A stretch of DNA of 64,000 bases, from positions 205,964,001-206,028,000 of the forward strand of contig OZ024742.1 in NCBI GenBank assembly GCA_964016885.1. Direction: 5' to 3'. The position numbers and the translations under genes are program-made. Positions 12,691-27,203 of this stretch are shown here, piece by piece. The DNA is from Eledone cirrhosa. Its lineage: Eukaryota. Position 1 is the stretch's first letter; every line of letters begins with the position of its first letter. Under the pieces are notes generated by a model. The model saw only the letters and a list, made by a program, of their open reading frames with translations, had not been told where the DNA came from and ran no database searches.

Positions 12691-15600
12691 TTGATAGTTA
12701 AAAAAAAAAAAAGTCAAAATTTGCAAGATATAAAAGTTTGTCAACAGAGCAAGTTATGCAAGAGATTATTATAAGCACTGATAGTGAGGATGATATACAA
12801 GATGGAGAAACTTTTTTCCACATTTCCTTCAGTTTTACAACACTGTATACCCTACAGTCTGCTCTGACTCAGTCACTATAGTAAGATTACATCTGTTGTG
12901 AAAAGTGGTCTGTGGATTACTCACTAATATTGAAGTAAATATTTATTATTAGTAACCCTATGACTTCTAAGCAAACTACCTTAGCTTCTTTCTTTGAAAG
13001 AGCTGAGGAATGTAACAAGAATAATGCACAAGAGACTGATAATAATAAAAGTAAGAATAGCTATTTCACCTGCTTTTAGTTTGAAGTTTCTAACCAGGTT
13101 CAACTTCAGTTCTAAAAGAAAATGTGATTTGATGACAGGCTTCGGATGTTAGGACTGAAGAAATGTGAATGAAAAGAACGGAAACTCATCTCTGGTTAGA
13201 CTTCAACAAGGATGACAAACATAGGTGTAATCTATGTGCAAATACAAACAATCTGAAACTTGTCACATCTAACAGTTTGAGGTTGTCAAATGAATATCTG
13301 ATGTACCAAGTATCCTATTATAGAAACTGATTATAGTATATCCTTGAAGTCTCTCAGAAAAAAAAAATAAATTGATCACAAACTATCAAAAGCAGACACT
13401 GCTCTTCTAAGTACTAAAAGTAAAGGTAATGAAAATGATCCAAACCTTTCACATATACCATTGATATCAATAAAACTTCAACTCCATCTCCCGCTAGCCA
13501 TTTAAACACAAAATATTCAATAGCTCCTTAAGAAACAAATCAACTGGCTAGCAAACTAGTCAGATTACTAAGTCTATTTAGTATACAACACTAAATCTAG
13601 AATCTAATTTCCTCAATGGAATATCATAAAGATCTCTTTTTTCATCCACTTTCTTTAATCTTTATATATACAGCCTCATACATACATGATATCAGACACA
13701 TATCTTCCTGTCTGTCATGCTTGAGCCCTCAATCTCTCTTCAAATCCTAAACTAGAGTGAATACAAAGCAGTGCCCTTTCCATCATCACAGGCTGCACAT
13801 ACATACACACATGCACACATACACATACACACACATGCTCACGCGCACACACACACACACACAACTTGTATAACAAAGCTAAATAATACAGGAGGAATAG
13901 TTTTTTAATCATAGTGAGCTCTAAATTTCATAGCTCCTTCCACTAAATACAAAATCATCCCTGAACATAATTTTTCTCCAAAATGGCTGACTAAAAAATG
14001 GCGCACACATGCTGTTCCCTCCTCTTCCCACACTCTATCCTTGTATTTTATCTTTCATTTCTTATTTTATCTTTTGATGAAGGACTAGTGTCTGAAATGT
14101 AAAAACTCTTTTCCTACTATATCAAGTGTTAAACTAATATATTTCTTCATTGTAGTGTGTTGTTTGCTTTGTTGTTTTTGTTTATTTCTTGCATATTTCT
14201 ATAACATTTCAGAACACTACCATTGAAATATCCTGAGAACAATCTCTTCTGCACAGTTCAGTAAAGGCAAAAAATAAATAATTAGTAATAATAAGTAAAT
14301 AAACACATTCACACAAAAATAGTTTTGGTAGCATCATCAAACAAAATTTTGTGATGCCACAGCACCAATGATAATGCGTTCGTTTGTTTGGGTTACCTCC
14401 AATATGATCGTCAGAATCTTGACATACAGGTGAGTTAAAATATGAGACTGCAATACTGTATACAATCAACTACTATATATTGAAATGTGTGCTGGATGGT
14501 CCTTGAACAGTCAGAAGCTGTGTATCAAATCTATTCAGCTAGCTGATGACTACCTATGAGCCATATACCTTATCTAGCAAAGCCAACCTTAGAGTAAATC
14601 TTCTTTTACACATCTGTTACCAGTGTCATGATGAGGCTTCTCCTCCAGCTCACACTGTCTAGCATTGCCTCCAATCGAGTGTCATCATCAAGAACATCCT
14701 TCAGTGTGATGGCTGATCTTCCAACTCATCTGCTTAGATCTGTTTCCAGCAAAGAACTCTGCCAGCAGGTTCATTGTGATGTTTCTCATATCCAGCTAAT
14801 GCAAGCCTTCTACACCTTACAATGCCAGAAAGGTGAGGGTGTGAACTGTAGAGCAATTTATTTGCTATGTCTGTTTTCCAGGATATGTTCTGGATCTTTC
14901 TCAGCATTCACATGAATGTGCCAGTAATCCTCTTTGTGAATGTTTTTGTTAGTGTCCATGACTTACATCTTTAGAGGAGAATGGACTCCACTGTTGCTTT
15001 GAATAGCCTCGTTTTCATTGTTGGCTTGATTGAAGATACCCACACTTTTGATAGGGAGTTGAGAGCTCCCTCCACCCATGCCTTGCCTATCCTGGGCTAC
15101 AAAACAACTTGCAAAAGTACTGAAATTATTTTGTTTCTTTTATAGACATTAAATTAACTTAGTGATCAAAACCAGAACATAGAAGAGTTACTTATGGTTA
15201 TAAACATTAATTATTCCTGGAATAAAATTATTGGAAATGGAAATTGAAATGATGCATAGAAAATAAAAATATAGAATAAAATAATAAATATGAACAGATT
15301 TTTTTACAACAATTATTCCTTTTTTCTTAATTTATTTAAGATTTTTTTCTCATATTTTTTCTTTTTATAAATTCTCTGCAGCAGTTCTATGTTTTTTTTT
15401 TTTTTTAAAGATGCATCAGTCACTTAATGTAAAAGAGACTTGTTTAATAGATGGCAGACAGATTCTCATAATCATAAGAAATTTCTCTGGATATATTGAT
15501 CTTTTGTTGCTAATGGCAGAAGGTTTTGTCATCACCTCTTTAAAAATCACTGCACCTTATCTTCTTTTCACTGCAGAAGAGCAATTCAATAACAGAAACT

Positions 15601-17641
15601 TTAAGTATATTGTGATGCACGCTAGCAGATTTAGTAATCTTTAAACAACATTTTCTAAATGAGCAATGCACAACTTATAATATGAGTTTTACTATATTCT
15701 AAGGAAATTGCAACTGCAGTTATTAAGAATAAAATCTATATGTTTAGAAGTATTGGCATCTTATAAAAAAAAATAGTGTTTGTTTGTTGGAAGGCAGCTT
15801 TCAGATAATTTTTCAAACTTGCAGTAAGAGACAAATATTTAATAAAAAAGATCAGAATGCATAAAAAAAAAAAAAAAAAAAAAAAAATCTATTGTTGCCA
15901 ACATAAAAATAGGGAATGTTTTGAAGAAATATATTTTTTAATTTATTTCTTCCAAGCAATCCCTATTTTTATTTTGGCAACTAGCAACCCATATTTGTTT
16001 TTAAATACGGTATTAATTCCATTAATCCTCTAGTCAAATCACTGAGCTGCAAGACAAATTGTTTATATGAGACATGTCACTAGCCCTCAAGCAGTGTCAA
16101 TGTGGAAACACGCATGAAGACCAAAAGACCTACTACGGCAGGCTTCTGTTTAGTTTCACTCACAAGGGATTGGTCAGTCAAGAGACTATAGTAGGAAACA
16201 CTTCCCAAAGGTACCATGCAATGAGATTGAACCTGAAACCATATGATTGTGAAGAGAACTTCTTAACCACACAGCAATGCTTCTAAAAGAAATACCCACC
16301 CCACATAAAAAATTAAAAAGATTTACTGTAAATGTTTACTTTTGAGTCAGTACAATTTCACATTGTCTCCCTTTTTTTTCTTTGACCGATGAATTCTATT
16401 CATATAGCTTAATTTAAGGACACTTTACTTCAGAAGGTTTGATTGGATCTAATAAACAAGGTATAGAAATAAAAGGAATCTGTTATCAGTTGATAATCAG
16501 ATGTGTATGAAAAAATAACTGGTTCCAAAATTATTTTCATGTTAAGGTAAATTTAAGAGATAAGAAAGCAATATTTCTTTCCTTTCTCAAATTTCTATAA
16601 TTATATTCACTTAAGTCTTTGATGTTTGATTAACTAAAAAACATTGCCCCCCCCCCCCCCCACTAAAAAAAAGAGGAAACGAAGAAAGTAACAGCAAAAC
16701 AGTTCGTTTAAAAAAAATAATTATATTTTATTCAACTTTTATCTAAAGAGTTAATCTCTATTTTGAATATGTTTGCTCTATTATAAAGTCAAAACTTCAC
16801 AAAAGATGGTTGGATTGATGATGGTGTAGATAAATTATATAATTGTATCTTCTATGCAAGTGAATATGATCAATTCCAAAAGTTAAGAGAAAAAGGAACA
16901 AATTTAAACTGCCTTACAAAAATTTTCCTTCTGGATAATTTATTTAAAAAAATTTATTGAGATATGTTGGTGAAATAGCACATCCTCTTGAAATAGCACA
17001 TTCTCTTGAAGCCCTGATTACAAGATATCTTATGAAGCTAAAAGTACAAAATAGTCAGTATGCTATTTAAAGATGAAACAATTTGCAAAAACTTTGCTGG
17101 ACACCCTTAAGACTTTTAGAAAACTAATTCAATAAAATGGCTAAAACATTGTTTTGGTAAAGGGGTTTTTACATTAGAATTATCTAGTGTTTAAATTCTT
17201 GTCTCAGTATATAAATTGCTGCTGTTTTATATCAGATTTAATTCAGAAGTGTGGTTATTTAGTCTCAAATAATCCCTGATTATCAAAGGCCTTCAAACCA
17301 TGAAATCATGATTTTTTGTTTTCAGGCAAAGTGTAGCCCAGACTACATTATCCAATATATCCATTTAAGAGTGTGGTTTGAGAAAGATTTGGTTGCTACT
17401 TCTCGCAAGATAAGGAACTATTTTGAGGCTCCCTTGTTTACTCATGTGGATTTCTTAATATTCTATATATTATATATTTCTAATTATAAAATATATTATA
17501 AAATATATAATCAAGGAATATGGGTATTTAAAAATGCTATCCATATATTAAAATATTGAAATTTATAATATTCACCACACAACTTGAATCATGAAGTTTT
17601 GACCAACATAAGCAGAAACATTATGAAGGTCATAGTGCAGC

Positions 17642-17810
17642 CAGTGCCGAATTTAGGACAAATGAGGCCCTGTGCTAGTTAAGTTATGAGGTCCCTTACT
17701 TGAGCCCTGAAAGAGGTAATTCATTGTAAAACATGTTTTGGCAGGAAGATGAATGGTCAGTGGGGCTTTCTGCTTAAGCACACCTAAGCACAATGGTGAA
17801 TCTGGCACTG
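17642..17810. mobile_element. hAT-type MITE (169 bp)
   Basis: TIRs CAGTGCCGAATT / AATCTGGCACTG; 8-bp TSD AGTGCAGC (17634-17641) and AGTGTAGC (17811-17818). Confidence 0.8.
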
Positions 17811-19138
17811 AGTGTAGCTGGAGGAGGCAGTCTGCTTTAGGTAGCACTTTGGTCTACTGCATGGTGTTTTTCAGGAGACTGCAGCAAACATAATGACTAT
17901 CCTGAGTGGCACAAAATCTTGCTTCACCATTATATGAAGGTATTCAAATGAAATAGTTTAATGTTCTGGTTGAGTGAAAAAATGTATTTTTAATGATTTA
18001 TGTGACATTAACATCTGTGATCACCCTACCCCTTTTTCTACACTGATTAGAGTCATGGGAGCATTTAGTATAGTGGATTTAATTTCAAGTGTCAGATTTC
18101 AGTTATGCTTACTGTTAATGAGATTGTATTTCTACTCTCATGCAATGTATACATATATTTTGTACAAGTATACATAATGTAATAGTTGACAGATGGGTCA
18201 TGTGATTGATAAAGTTTCTGATTCAAATCTGGAAAGTTTGATGAATAGTAGGTGTGTGACAGTGAATATATCTGGCAAGCTTAAAGTGAAATAATATACG
18301 CAGACAGATTTGATTGTTAAAATATGCATGAAAAGGAGCACATGCACACATACACAATAATATGCATGTTCATATGTATGTGTTACTACATATTATGTTT
18401 CTATACAAATAAAAATAAAATATACACACACATATATAACATATATTCATATACAGGAGTTAATAGATGTATATACTTTGAATATTTTGTGAAAGAACCA
18501 AACCTATTTAGCTTCATCTTTTATCAATGTATGTTGTTCTCCATTGAAGAGAAGCTAGGAATTAGTTCAAACTTAATAGGAAAGAAATTATATATGCAAC
18601 TGCTACATGTAAAATGTATTACAATCAACAGGCTTTTAGTGTTTCCAATTCTTTATTGATCTTCAAACATGTTCATAATAAATCAATAGCTTCTGCTGCT
18701 ACTGTAGCCACTAATGATATCACTAACACACTTACAGTTGCTTGCTGCTTAATTCAAAAAGCACTCGTGTGACTTCAGAGTCCAGCTTTTATATGTTAGC
18801 TTAAAATATTTTAGTTTGCCAAGGAAATAGTTCCTAGCTTTCTTTTTAACTAAAGTCATCAAAATTCAAGTTATAGATAATTTTTTCAGAAGTAGTGTAT
18901 ACTAAAATACAATATCTAATACATTTGTTTCATCTCACTGCGATTAAGTATTTATCATTATTGATATAATTTTCTTTCTGTCTCATTAACTATCTAAGAA
19001 CAATTATAATTATTGTAAGAGCTTTTGTTTCTGTTTGCTTTTTTTTCCACTTAGTAGGTCAGGAAAAAAGGATAGTACCCATAGCCTTCACAGCTCCTCT
19101 AAGACCAAATACATTGATGCTGTTGATGTTCTGTTTAA

Positions 19139-19347
19139 CCCTTTAGCATTTAAACAGGCCGTATTCAGTCAGAATGCTCTTACCTCTTTCTGTTCAAACT
19201 GGCTGTGACTGGCCACTCATACTGATGTTAAGTTATTGTTCCAAAATAAATAATATCAAAATCTCATAGATGTAATATTATTGAGGTAAAGTCTTTACCA
19301 TGAAAATATAATAGTGTATATAGAAAGCAAAGTAAATGCTAAAAGGG
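19139..19347. mobile_element. piggyBac-type MITE
   Basis: TTAA-CCCTTTAGCATTTA at the left and TAAATGCTAAAAGGG-TTAA at the right. Confidence 0.82.
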
Positions 19348-19789
19348 TTAAATTATTGCAGGTTCTTTCCTTTAGGAAAGACATAAACAGGGAGGAATAC
19401 CATTGGGCCAAGATTCTGGGCAGGAAGGACTGGGTATAATGATTAATGTGGAGATAGGGTGGGGATTGACAAATCCATTATTTATAATGTTTTCTTCATA
19501 TATAAACTCTTCTACAAAACTGCTATAACCTGCATAAAACCATCTTGAAAACTCCTAACATTTCTTATTGACTAGCTTGTCTTATTTTGGTACTTCTAAA
19601 ATAAAGCAATCTTATGCAATTATAATGAAATCACTGCTTTGTTGAAGTCTAATTAGATTAAAATATGTCCAGAATTATCCACTGGATAATTCTGGAATAA
19701 TCCACTGGATAATGCTGGAATAACTAAAATCATATTAATCATTGACTAATACTCTCTTTTCCTTCATTTCATTTCATTTTCATTTCTTT

Positions 19790-20725
19790 TCATTTTACGT
19801 CCACTTTTCCCTGCTTGCAAGGGTGGGACGGGAACTGATTCTGGCTTGATTTCTACAGCTGGATGCCCTTCCTAACACCAACTTCATTTACAGTGAGTGC
19901 TGGGTGCTTTTTTTGCGTGGCACCTCCACGACCACTTTGCAGTGGAATGATAGGGACCCCAGTCCCTATCATCTCATTTCTACAGCTGAGTAAACTGGAG
20001 CAATGTGAAATAAAGTGTCTTGCTCAAGGAAACAACACATCACCTGGTCTGAGAATTGAACTCACAACCTTTCGATTGCAAGGCCAATGCTCTAACCACT
20101 AAGCCATGTGCCTCCACTATATAATTCCTATATAATTATTTTTAATTAACTTTACTTTTTAATTATCATCATTAACTATCATCATCATCACCATTTTATG
20201 CTCATTCTTCCATGCTAGCATGGGTTAGACGGATTGTCCTTTTGTGGGTAGTGCCGGGTCGGCTGATCTTGTCTTGCTCATATGGGAACTGATTTTGGCT
20301 TGATTTCTACAGCTGGATGCCCTTCCTAACACCAACCTCATTTACAGTGAGTGCTGGGTGCTTTTTTTTCCATGGGGCCTGCCTGACCACTTTACAGTGT
20401 GGGCTGGATGCTTTTTTGCTGTGGCATCTCCACGACCACTTTGCAGTGGGAGGGGGTGGGGGCATATTGTCTAAATGCTTCAGCTTTGGCTTGTACCTGT
20501 GGGAAGTCGAGTCTTCTGTATTACTGTGTAATGCTAGAGGTCATGGTCCAGTGTCATCACCTTTGCGAGGTGCAATTGAGTAAGGTCGGCTTTTATCACC
20601 TCATCTCAGGTCTCCCCACTCCACAGCTTCTATCGACTTCTAGTGCTCTGCACCTTTTTATGCAGCTGTCATTCTTCATACACATCACATGTCCATACCA
20701 ACGCAACCTCCTGCACACAGCATTT
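19790..20725 (-). mobile_element. Cluster of RTE 3'-tail repeats and a tRNA-SINE
   Basis: Two copies of TTTCTACAGCTGGATGCCCTTCCTAACACCAAC (about 19851 and about 20304) and a SINE head at 19975-20115. Confidence 0.7.
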
Positions 20726-21419
20726 CATTAATACTAAAGTAACCATTTATATATAGTTTTATTCAGATGTTTGTACATGTAAGTTTATGTGATGATTTAT
20801 ATAATATAGTTTATATGTTTACATGTTTATCTTATAATGTTCAGGATACATTTTTGAAACAAAGAATCTTGAAGTTTTTCCCAACTAAAAATAAAATGGA
20901 TAGAAATAGTGTAGATATTTCAGTGGTACAGCCTCAGTATACACCTTTTTTTTCAAACTGATTATGGAAGCCAATAAGAGAGCCTCTACATGGTCACGCA
21001 ACCTGCTAGAAATAGCAGCCATGTTCTCCCTTAACTCACATCTTGCTGGTGTTAATAAAATATAGGACAGCACATTGAAAAACATAGATTTAGATACACT
21101 GTGTGAGTAAAAAATGGGATGCTCATGATTGGAATTGTTTTGATCATAAGCCTGACTAGTTGATCTGGAGCTAAATAACAGTAATATAACCTGTACCATT
21201 TTTATGAGCCAGCAAAGGTACCTCTAGGAGGTTGCTCAACCTGCAAGGAATGACAGCTAAAACAACTGACATCATTGTCATGTATGATAAACATGTATTT
21301 AGATGATGGCTATAAATAACAAATTAGACATAAAGATGAGTTTATGTTTCAAACCTTGTATGAAATATAAATCAAGTATGTGTGGTTATATTGAATAATG
21401 TACACTATAAATTTTTAAT

Positions 21420-21700
21420 GAATTTTTCCTTTATCTATCGATTCCAACTGTCAGGTTGCCTATTTATCTTTACATGTGCCCTACAAAGCTTTCTCTTCAT
21501 CAACATCATTCTGAGCTCTCCTGCATTGTCCTTTCTAGTATCTTTCAGCAGGATTTCAATGTAATTACTTTTCTTTCTACCCCTGTTTGCATATCCCTCT
21601 GAAGGTTCCCACAGAAAATTACTTTCTATTATTTTATGGTGATGAACACTGTGACCTGCAACTTTCATTCTCATCTGCCTTATCTTTTCCTTTTCCTTTT
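21420..21700 (-). mobile_element. RTE-clade LINE 3' fragment
   Basis: KIRQMRMKVAGHSVHH...LWEPSEGYANRGRKKSNYIEILLKDT, typical RTE C-terminus; similar to 60491-60985. Confidence 0.6.
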
Positions 21701-22989
21701 CCTTAGTTGAAAAAAAGAAACAAAACAAAAAAAAACTTACAGCATGTGTAAGAAATTCAGAAAAAAAGGGAGATAATTTCAGAAAAAATTAGAATTAATC
21801 AAAAACTTCTCATATGTAAAGGAAAATCTGATGTATCTGTTTATGAGAACAGTGACAGAAATGGATATATTCCAGTTTCATTAGATTTTATCTGGAAAGC
21901 ATAGACAACACAAACCTGCTTTATAAATTAACATAGGTTTTTACATATAGAAAAAAGGGCTACAAATAACATAACGGTTTCTAATTTTGGTACAAGGCTA
22001 ACGATTTTTTTTTTTAGTGGAAGGAAGTCGATTAAATCGACCCTAGTGCATTGCTGGTCCTTTATTTTATCGACCCTTGGCAGGATTTGTACTCTGAACA
22101 TAAAGGGCCAAAACTCTATGCCTTGAAACATGTCTGAAGCTTTACTAATACTGCCAATCCACCATCCTTGCATAACATCATAATAAAAAAATTAAAATTG
22201 GACAGTGGCAAAATACATCTAAGCCAATGGCAAGGATTGAGATGAATTAAGTATGCATTGAATGATGTTGGCAAAATATTCTTAATGAATTGAAATTTCC
22301 TCTGAGTTGGAGAAAGAAAATAAAAATTTAGTGGCTCACATGAGTAACTCACAAAGAAAAGAGTAGATCATTGCAATAGATTAAGAATTGCTGTCATTTT
22401 TGCTAACATAGATCAGATTTTCCCTTAAGCAAGAGAATGAAATATTTTAAAATCAATTCTTAGATTACTGACATTATCTCCCCTTTTCTGATTACTACTA
22501 GGTTTGTGTTTTCTTTTTCCAACTCAGAAGCTAATTTCAATTTATTTAGGAAGTTTTCATGTATAATATTCCATTTGATACATTTACACATGCTTCAATT
22601 ATCTCAGATCATACCATTGGCTTGCTTGAGTTACTTCCTTTAGTTCAAATTTTTAATAATAAAATATTCTTTACTTTTAAAGTTGTGAACTATGACTGAC
22701 TATATGATGATAAATCTTATAATAAAGATCAATATATGTACACATTTTTATGATTGAGTTTAGTGTTTATATATGTTAATTGTGACATTTATATTTGAAA
22801 TAAGCCAAAGGTTCAATAGTGTGGCAAGTTTTAAACAGGATTAACTTCTATCATTTGAACATTTCTTTTATAAAGAGAAAATTAAATTTTATTGAATTTT
22901 AAAAAAATGACTTTCTCCTTAATTTAGTTCTACAACTTTAGGCAACGCAGAATGTTCTGTAATGATTTTCATGAATACTTTGGAATTCT

Positions 22990-23345
22990 TGTAGAGACGT
23001 GAGTGATATGACAAAAGGCACCCAGTTACGCCTGTGAAGAGGTTCTGTTAGTGAAACGACAAAAAGCACCTGGTCAACCCTGGAAGGTGGTTGTGGTTGT
23101 GCTAGTGACATGATAAAAAAGTATCCACTCTTACCTGCCAGTTGGTTATTTTGGTGTCACAATAAAAAGCACCCAGTTCACATGGTTAGCATTAGGAAGG
23201 GCACCCAGCTATAGAGACCAAGCTAGAAACAGTTCTGTATGAGCAAAATATGGTCACTTTATCTGATTGTCTCACAATGGAACAAGTCATCTAACTTATG
23301 CTAGTATGAAAAAAATGGACGTTAAACAGTGATGATGATGATAAT
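22990..23345 (+). mobile_element. RTE 3'-tail repeat ending in (GAT)n
   Basis: Repeated AAAAGCACC units, AGGAAGGGCACCCAGCT, GGACGTTAAAC and (GAT)n tail, shared with other copies in the window. Confidence 0.6.
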
Positions 23346-23544
23346 GACATCACTACTTTATGCTATCACATAGTAGATGAGTAGTTGTGTATATGTCCGA
23401 CCCATGCTAGCATGGAAGATGGATGTTAAACGATGATGATGATGTTGTTACTATCTAACAATAGTGTCTTCAATCAGGTTTTTCTTGGAATTCTTTCCAT
23501 ATTTCCAACAGAGCCCTGTATAAACGAAAATGTGAAGACTAATA

Positions 23545-23725
23545 ATTGTTTCTACTTTAGGCACAAGGCCAGCAATTACCGAGTGCATTACTGGTACTTT
23601 ATTTTATCGACCCCGTAAGGATGAAAGGCAAAGTTAACCTCGGCGGGATTTGAACTCAGATCGTAAAGGGACATAACTATGCTGGAAAGCATGGCGTCCG
23701 ACCCTCTACCAATACTGCCAATCCA
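23545..23725 (-). mobile_element. tRNA-derived SINE
   Basis: Reverse-complemented B-box GGATTTGAACTCAG; CTGGTACTT...ATCGACCCC...GGATGAAAGGCAAAG body shared with 21975-22165 and 2810-2950. Confidence 0.65.
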
Positions 23726-23929
23726 GTCTTCACTGTTAAGATATTCAATCTAAAAATTATACAGGATCTAATTTGTATTCTTCAATTATTTTGTATTTTG
23801 TTGTATGGTCACCTGATATTACATGTGATCATTCATCATGCCTTTCCATTATGTAATACTGGGAGACTGATGCACAGGCAGTAATCTCCAATTTTTAATA
23901 GAAGTAGATTTAACTCAGAGATCAGAGCG

Positions 23930-24220
23930 TTGCTCCAGGTAGAGCCACTTCTCCAAATTGAGAGATCACAGCTCTGATATTATATATGTGTGATTAGAAT
24001 ATCTCAAGAAAGAATCACTGGACAGATTTTATGGGCAAAGCCAACTGGCAAGAGACCCAGGGGAAGACCCCAAGCAAGGTGGTTGGATAACATCCATGAG
24101 CTTGGCTGGTATCACTTGGGGATCCAACCAGATCAATTGGAGATGGTTGCTTCTGACATGACTCACTGGAAGGCCTGCTTGAGGACTCTGCCCCCATGAC
24201 CCTTCCAAGAAGAAGAAGAT
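23930..24220 (+). mobile_element. RTE-clade LINE 3' fragment
   Basis: ORF 23990..24199 RISQERITGQILWAKPTGKRPRGRPQARWLDNI...; (GAA)n tail. Confidence 0.78.
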
Positions 24221-24812
24221 TTAAGTTCAATGGTAGAGTTTTCATAGAAAATATTCACAGCTGTATTTATACAATTCATAAACAGTTGTTGTTTTTCCCT
24301 AAGCCATCTCTGAATAAGGAGATGTATGATCAAATTATTCAAACTGTGACTATGACATCATTTAGCCTTTATTGGAGACATAGGTGTGATTCAGCTGCTG
24401 TTTCTAGCAGTTTTAGGAGCTGCATAGGTGCCACTTCATTGGCTTGATAAAATTGTAGTATGCATGTAAGGCCAAACTAACAAAGTCCTGTTAATTAATA
24501 AACAATTTGCTATGCAGTGCAATATATGTTATAGTTTTGAGGCAGTAGTTGTTTGATACGTAACTTTAGCTATCCAGATTGAGGTTGAAAAAATTCTGTG
24601 AGTGGTCCAATGGTATACTGTAATATCAATTAGGGAACATAAACTCAAAGCCTATTCCAGAAGTTCAAACCAATAATTACACTCAGATTCATGTTTCATA
24701 ATTAGATATTTAACATTCAGAAAGTGTATATGGATATATTATATAATTCTATTCCCAAACAAGTTTTATATTTGAAACAATTCTATAATTATTTATAGGT
24801 GCAAGCATGAAT

Positions 24813-25445
24813 GGAGGCACATGGCCAGTGGTAAGTGTGTTGGACTTAGAATTACACTGTGGGTTCAATTCTTTTGGTGTGTGTTGAGAAAAACATTTTA
24901 TTTCATGTTGCTCCAGTATACTGGGGGTTTAACCCTGCAATGGACTGGCATCCTTATACTCTCAGTCACTTAATGCCATGGAAACCAGGATAAGCACCAG
25001 ACTGATGATCTTCCAGGCTTGAGAGAGAGTTTAAACTTCAGAAAAGCATAGAAGTGTGATTGTTCTGGTTTCAGTCCCACTACATGACAACTTGGGCAAG
25101 TGCCTTCTACCATAACTGCAAGTTGACCAATGCCTTCATCATCATCATTGCATGTGGAATTTGGTAGATGGAAAGTGTAGAAACCTGTTGGATAAATGTA
25201 TTTATATATGTGTGTGTCTATGTTTATATTATTTCTGTGTTTATATCCTGTGTTTATAACTTCGCGGTTTGACAAAAATGAGAAAGATAAAATAGGTACC
25301 AGTCTTGAAACAATCAGTAAAAGACTTGAAAAAATAAGTAAAATATTTGAAAAAATAGGTACTGAGGCTGATATGATTGATTAAATCAAGGTTGTGCCCC
25401 AGCATGGCTGGAGTTTAATAACTGACACAAGTAAAAGAATAAAAG
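24813..25445 (+). mobile_element. Adjacent tRNA-derived SINE fragments
   Basis: GGCACATGGCCAGTGGTAAG A-box and GGTTCAATTC B-box; second family with TTGGGCAAGTGCCTTCTAC and GTGCCCCAGCATGGC also seen at 4060-4230, 16120-16280 and 32170-32400. Confidence 0.6.
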
Positions 25446-26750
25446 AATATTTTCAGTGAATTTTACACATTTTCAAGTGTTTCAATGGTTCTTTATTATT
25501 TATTTATGATAATGAAAATTTGGTTATTTTTTCTGTCCTATATGCAGACTGACTAGCAGGAATATATTAGTTTATCATTCAGTATTAGAGAAAATGAATT
25601 AACTAACAACACTGCGAGCATTAGTTGAATATCTGAGCTGATATGTAATTATTCTTGGACAAAAGTAGTCTACTTTAAAACAAATGACCACATTTTAATT
25701 AACCTTCGTTTCATTGTCAGCAATAGTGCCCTCTAAAAACAATAGAAATTGCTTTCTTTATAACAGTCTGTAAATAACTATCTTCAGAACAGACATGTTT
25801 CTAAGTAAATGAAGAGTAGAAATTGCTTATGTTTCTTTTACTGAGGCAAACAGGAATCTTGTTGGAAATAACAATATTGGCAGTTATTTATATTCATATT
25901 CCAGCATTGAGAGGCCTCAATTTATTTTTTTAGAAAGAGAAATTTAATGATTGATGCTTTTGAGAACATTGGATATTTCACAATATCCAAACAAGAAAAT
26001 ATTTCTATTTAGACACGTTTATATTTAGTACTGTATCATTCTTACATGTCCTTATGTTAATTTCTGCCTCTAGCATTTGGACACAGCAATAATAGTTTCT
26101 GCAGCAAACTCTCCAGCTTTTATAACACTGGATAACCAATGCTATGAGATCAACAGAGCTATAAAGTTGTTTTAATTAAAGTTATCATTCAATTTAATGA
26201 GTATTTCTACAAAACTTACCATTTTAATATAAACTTTCCACAAAATGTATGTATGTTTATTAAAATATCTTTAAATAAAGTTTTTTCCTGCAATACTAAA
26301 CTATCATGGCACCTTTCAATATTTAATGCTTTAGAAAGATTCAAGAACCATGTTTTTCAGGAAACAACAAGTTTTCCTATAATTAATCATGTTTTACATT
26401 AAAATATTTCTATGACATAAAGCGTATTGTCAAGTATAAAGATGCTATAGTTACTATACTGGGACTTGAGGTGTAATAATAATAGATATTTCATTGAATA
26501 CTTTAAATATTTTGCGATATAAAGTTTTCTTTGTGTGGTTTAGTTTATTCCCAAAATATGTTTTTGTGACAAAGCCAGGTAAGTTAGTTGTAATTTCCAC
26601 TGCTAATCAATAGTAATTTAATGTAAGTGGTACCAACCTTTATTTTTTCACTTAGTTTGACTGTCATGGACGTGTTTGAACTCTTGTCTCTTGGATTAAC
26701 AGCCTTCAGTTTTCACCACTGAGCATTCCTCAATCACTTATCATGATGTA

Positions 26751-26768
26751 ATAGTAGTAGTAGTAGTA

Positions 26769-26801
<33 letters not shown>

Positions 26802-26973
26802 CTACTACTACTACTACTACTACTACTAAATACTAGTTGAGAAAATTGGGTAACGTGTCTCTGGGGATGGAAGAATGTTAATGCAGGCACCTGTGTCCAA
26901 TTTTTTAGTCTCCAGGAGTATTTTACCCAATTTCCTCAACAATCATTTATAGTGAAACAACTAGTAGTAGTAG

Positions 26974-27035
<62 letters not shown>

Positions 27036-27156
27036 GTTTCACTCTAAATCAAAGGTTCTCAACGGGGGGGGGGGGGGGGGCATATGCACCCCCGGGGGGC
27101 ATTTCGGAACTCCAGGGGTGTTTGGGAGCAAGGGGGGCGTTTGGAACTTTGGGGGG

Positions 27157-27203
<47 letters not shown>

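Noticed and set aside
12720-12815. Acidic stretch resembling a piggyBac transposase N-terminus (LSTEQVMQEIIISTDSEDD)
   Set aside because: Too short and low in complexity, with no downstream transposase motifs recognised.
1174-26750. Host protein-coding exons among the short ORFs
   Set aside because: No conserved domains, codon pattern or consistent splice signals recognised; small exons cannot be excluded without RNA-seq.
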